Positions 63,418 through 64,000 of a stretch of DNA of 64,000 nt are shown one piece after another. This stretch comes from Mobula hypostoma (lineage: Eukaryota): positions 87,112,001 to 87,176,000 of the forward strand of contig NC_086097.1 in NCBI RefSeq assembly GCF_963921235.1, written 5' to 3'. The notes beneath the pieces were generated by a model. The model was not told where the DNA came from and made no database searches. It saw only the letters and a program-made list of their open reading frames with translations. A program made the position numbers and the translations under genes. Positions within the stretch are counted from its first letter, which is position 1; each line of letters starts with the position of its first letter.

Positions 63418-64000
63418 GATTAGATTATGAAGACACGTAGTCCTCTCTTATTGTCATTTAGTAATGCATGCATTAAGAAATGATACAATATTTCCTCTGG
63501 TATGATATCACAAAACACAGGACAGACCAAGACTGAAAAGCTGACAAAACCACATAATTATAACATATAGTTACAACAGTGCAACAATACCATAACTTGA
63601 TGAAGAAGTCCATGAGCACAATAAAAGTTCAAAGTCTCTCAAATATCCCACATCTCACACAGACGGGAGAAGGAAGAAAATCTCTCCCTGCCATGCCAAC
63701 CACAGTCCGACTCTGAGTCATCCAAAAACTTCAAGCTCTGATCAGCTCTCCGACACTGAGTACTGAGTGCCATCTCTGTCCGAACGATTCGACCTCAACC
63801 TCGGTCGCCAACAGCAGGTATTTTGAGGCCTACCCACCGAAAGATTCCCGACCACGCAGTAGCGACAGCAGCGAATGGGCATATCAGAAATTTCTCCAGA
63901 TGTTCCTCAGTGCTTTCAGGTCCATTCTCCATCAAAACAGAATTGTCCACGGCCCCTATTTAACAGATACGATATCATTTTTCACCGGAGGGCTGCGCAC
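63418..64000 (-). mobile_element. Young non-coding dispersed element, copy 2 (truncated by the window end), inserted into a CR1
   Basis: Near-identical to 22474-23070. Confidence 0.85.

Overview
Eukaryotic, repeat-dense DNA (intergenic or a large intron). I recognise no host protein-coding exon, rRNA gene, tRNA gene or CRISPR array. The repeat mix points by inference to a cartilaginous fish, probably a ray: many CR1-type LINEs, Rex1/Babar LINEs, HE1/V-SINE-like and DeuSINE-like SINEs, and palindromic 'acacacaaaatgctgg' elements. Most of the window is decayed, often nested transposable elements. These are four Ty3/Gypsy copies, fragments of class-I-like endogenous retroviruses, solo LTRs, a hAT (Charlie/Buster-type) transposon inside a Gypsy RT, a Harbinger transposase relic and several non-autonomous retroelements. 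The most notable signal is a family of ~200-220 bp hairpin elements, two of them flanked by 12-14 bp target-site duplications. Their centre carries a minimal type-I hammerhead ribozyme motif (agtc-CTGATGA-stem II-GAAAC-GTC-gact), as known from Penelope-like elements. Also notable are a Gypsy with RT and RNase H removed in frame, CCAAT-box monomers at a CR1 5' end, a small inversion at a CR1 deletion junction, and a divergent pair of ancient DeuSINE relics. Coordinates were read by eye, so boundaries of old repeats are approximate. Family names come from motif recognition, not database searches.
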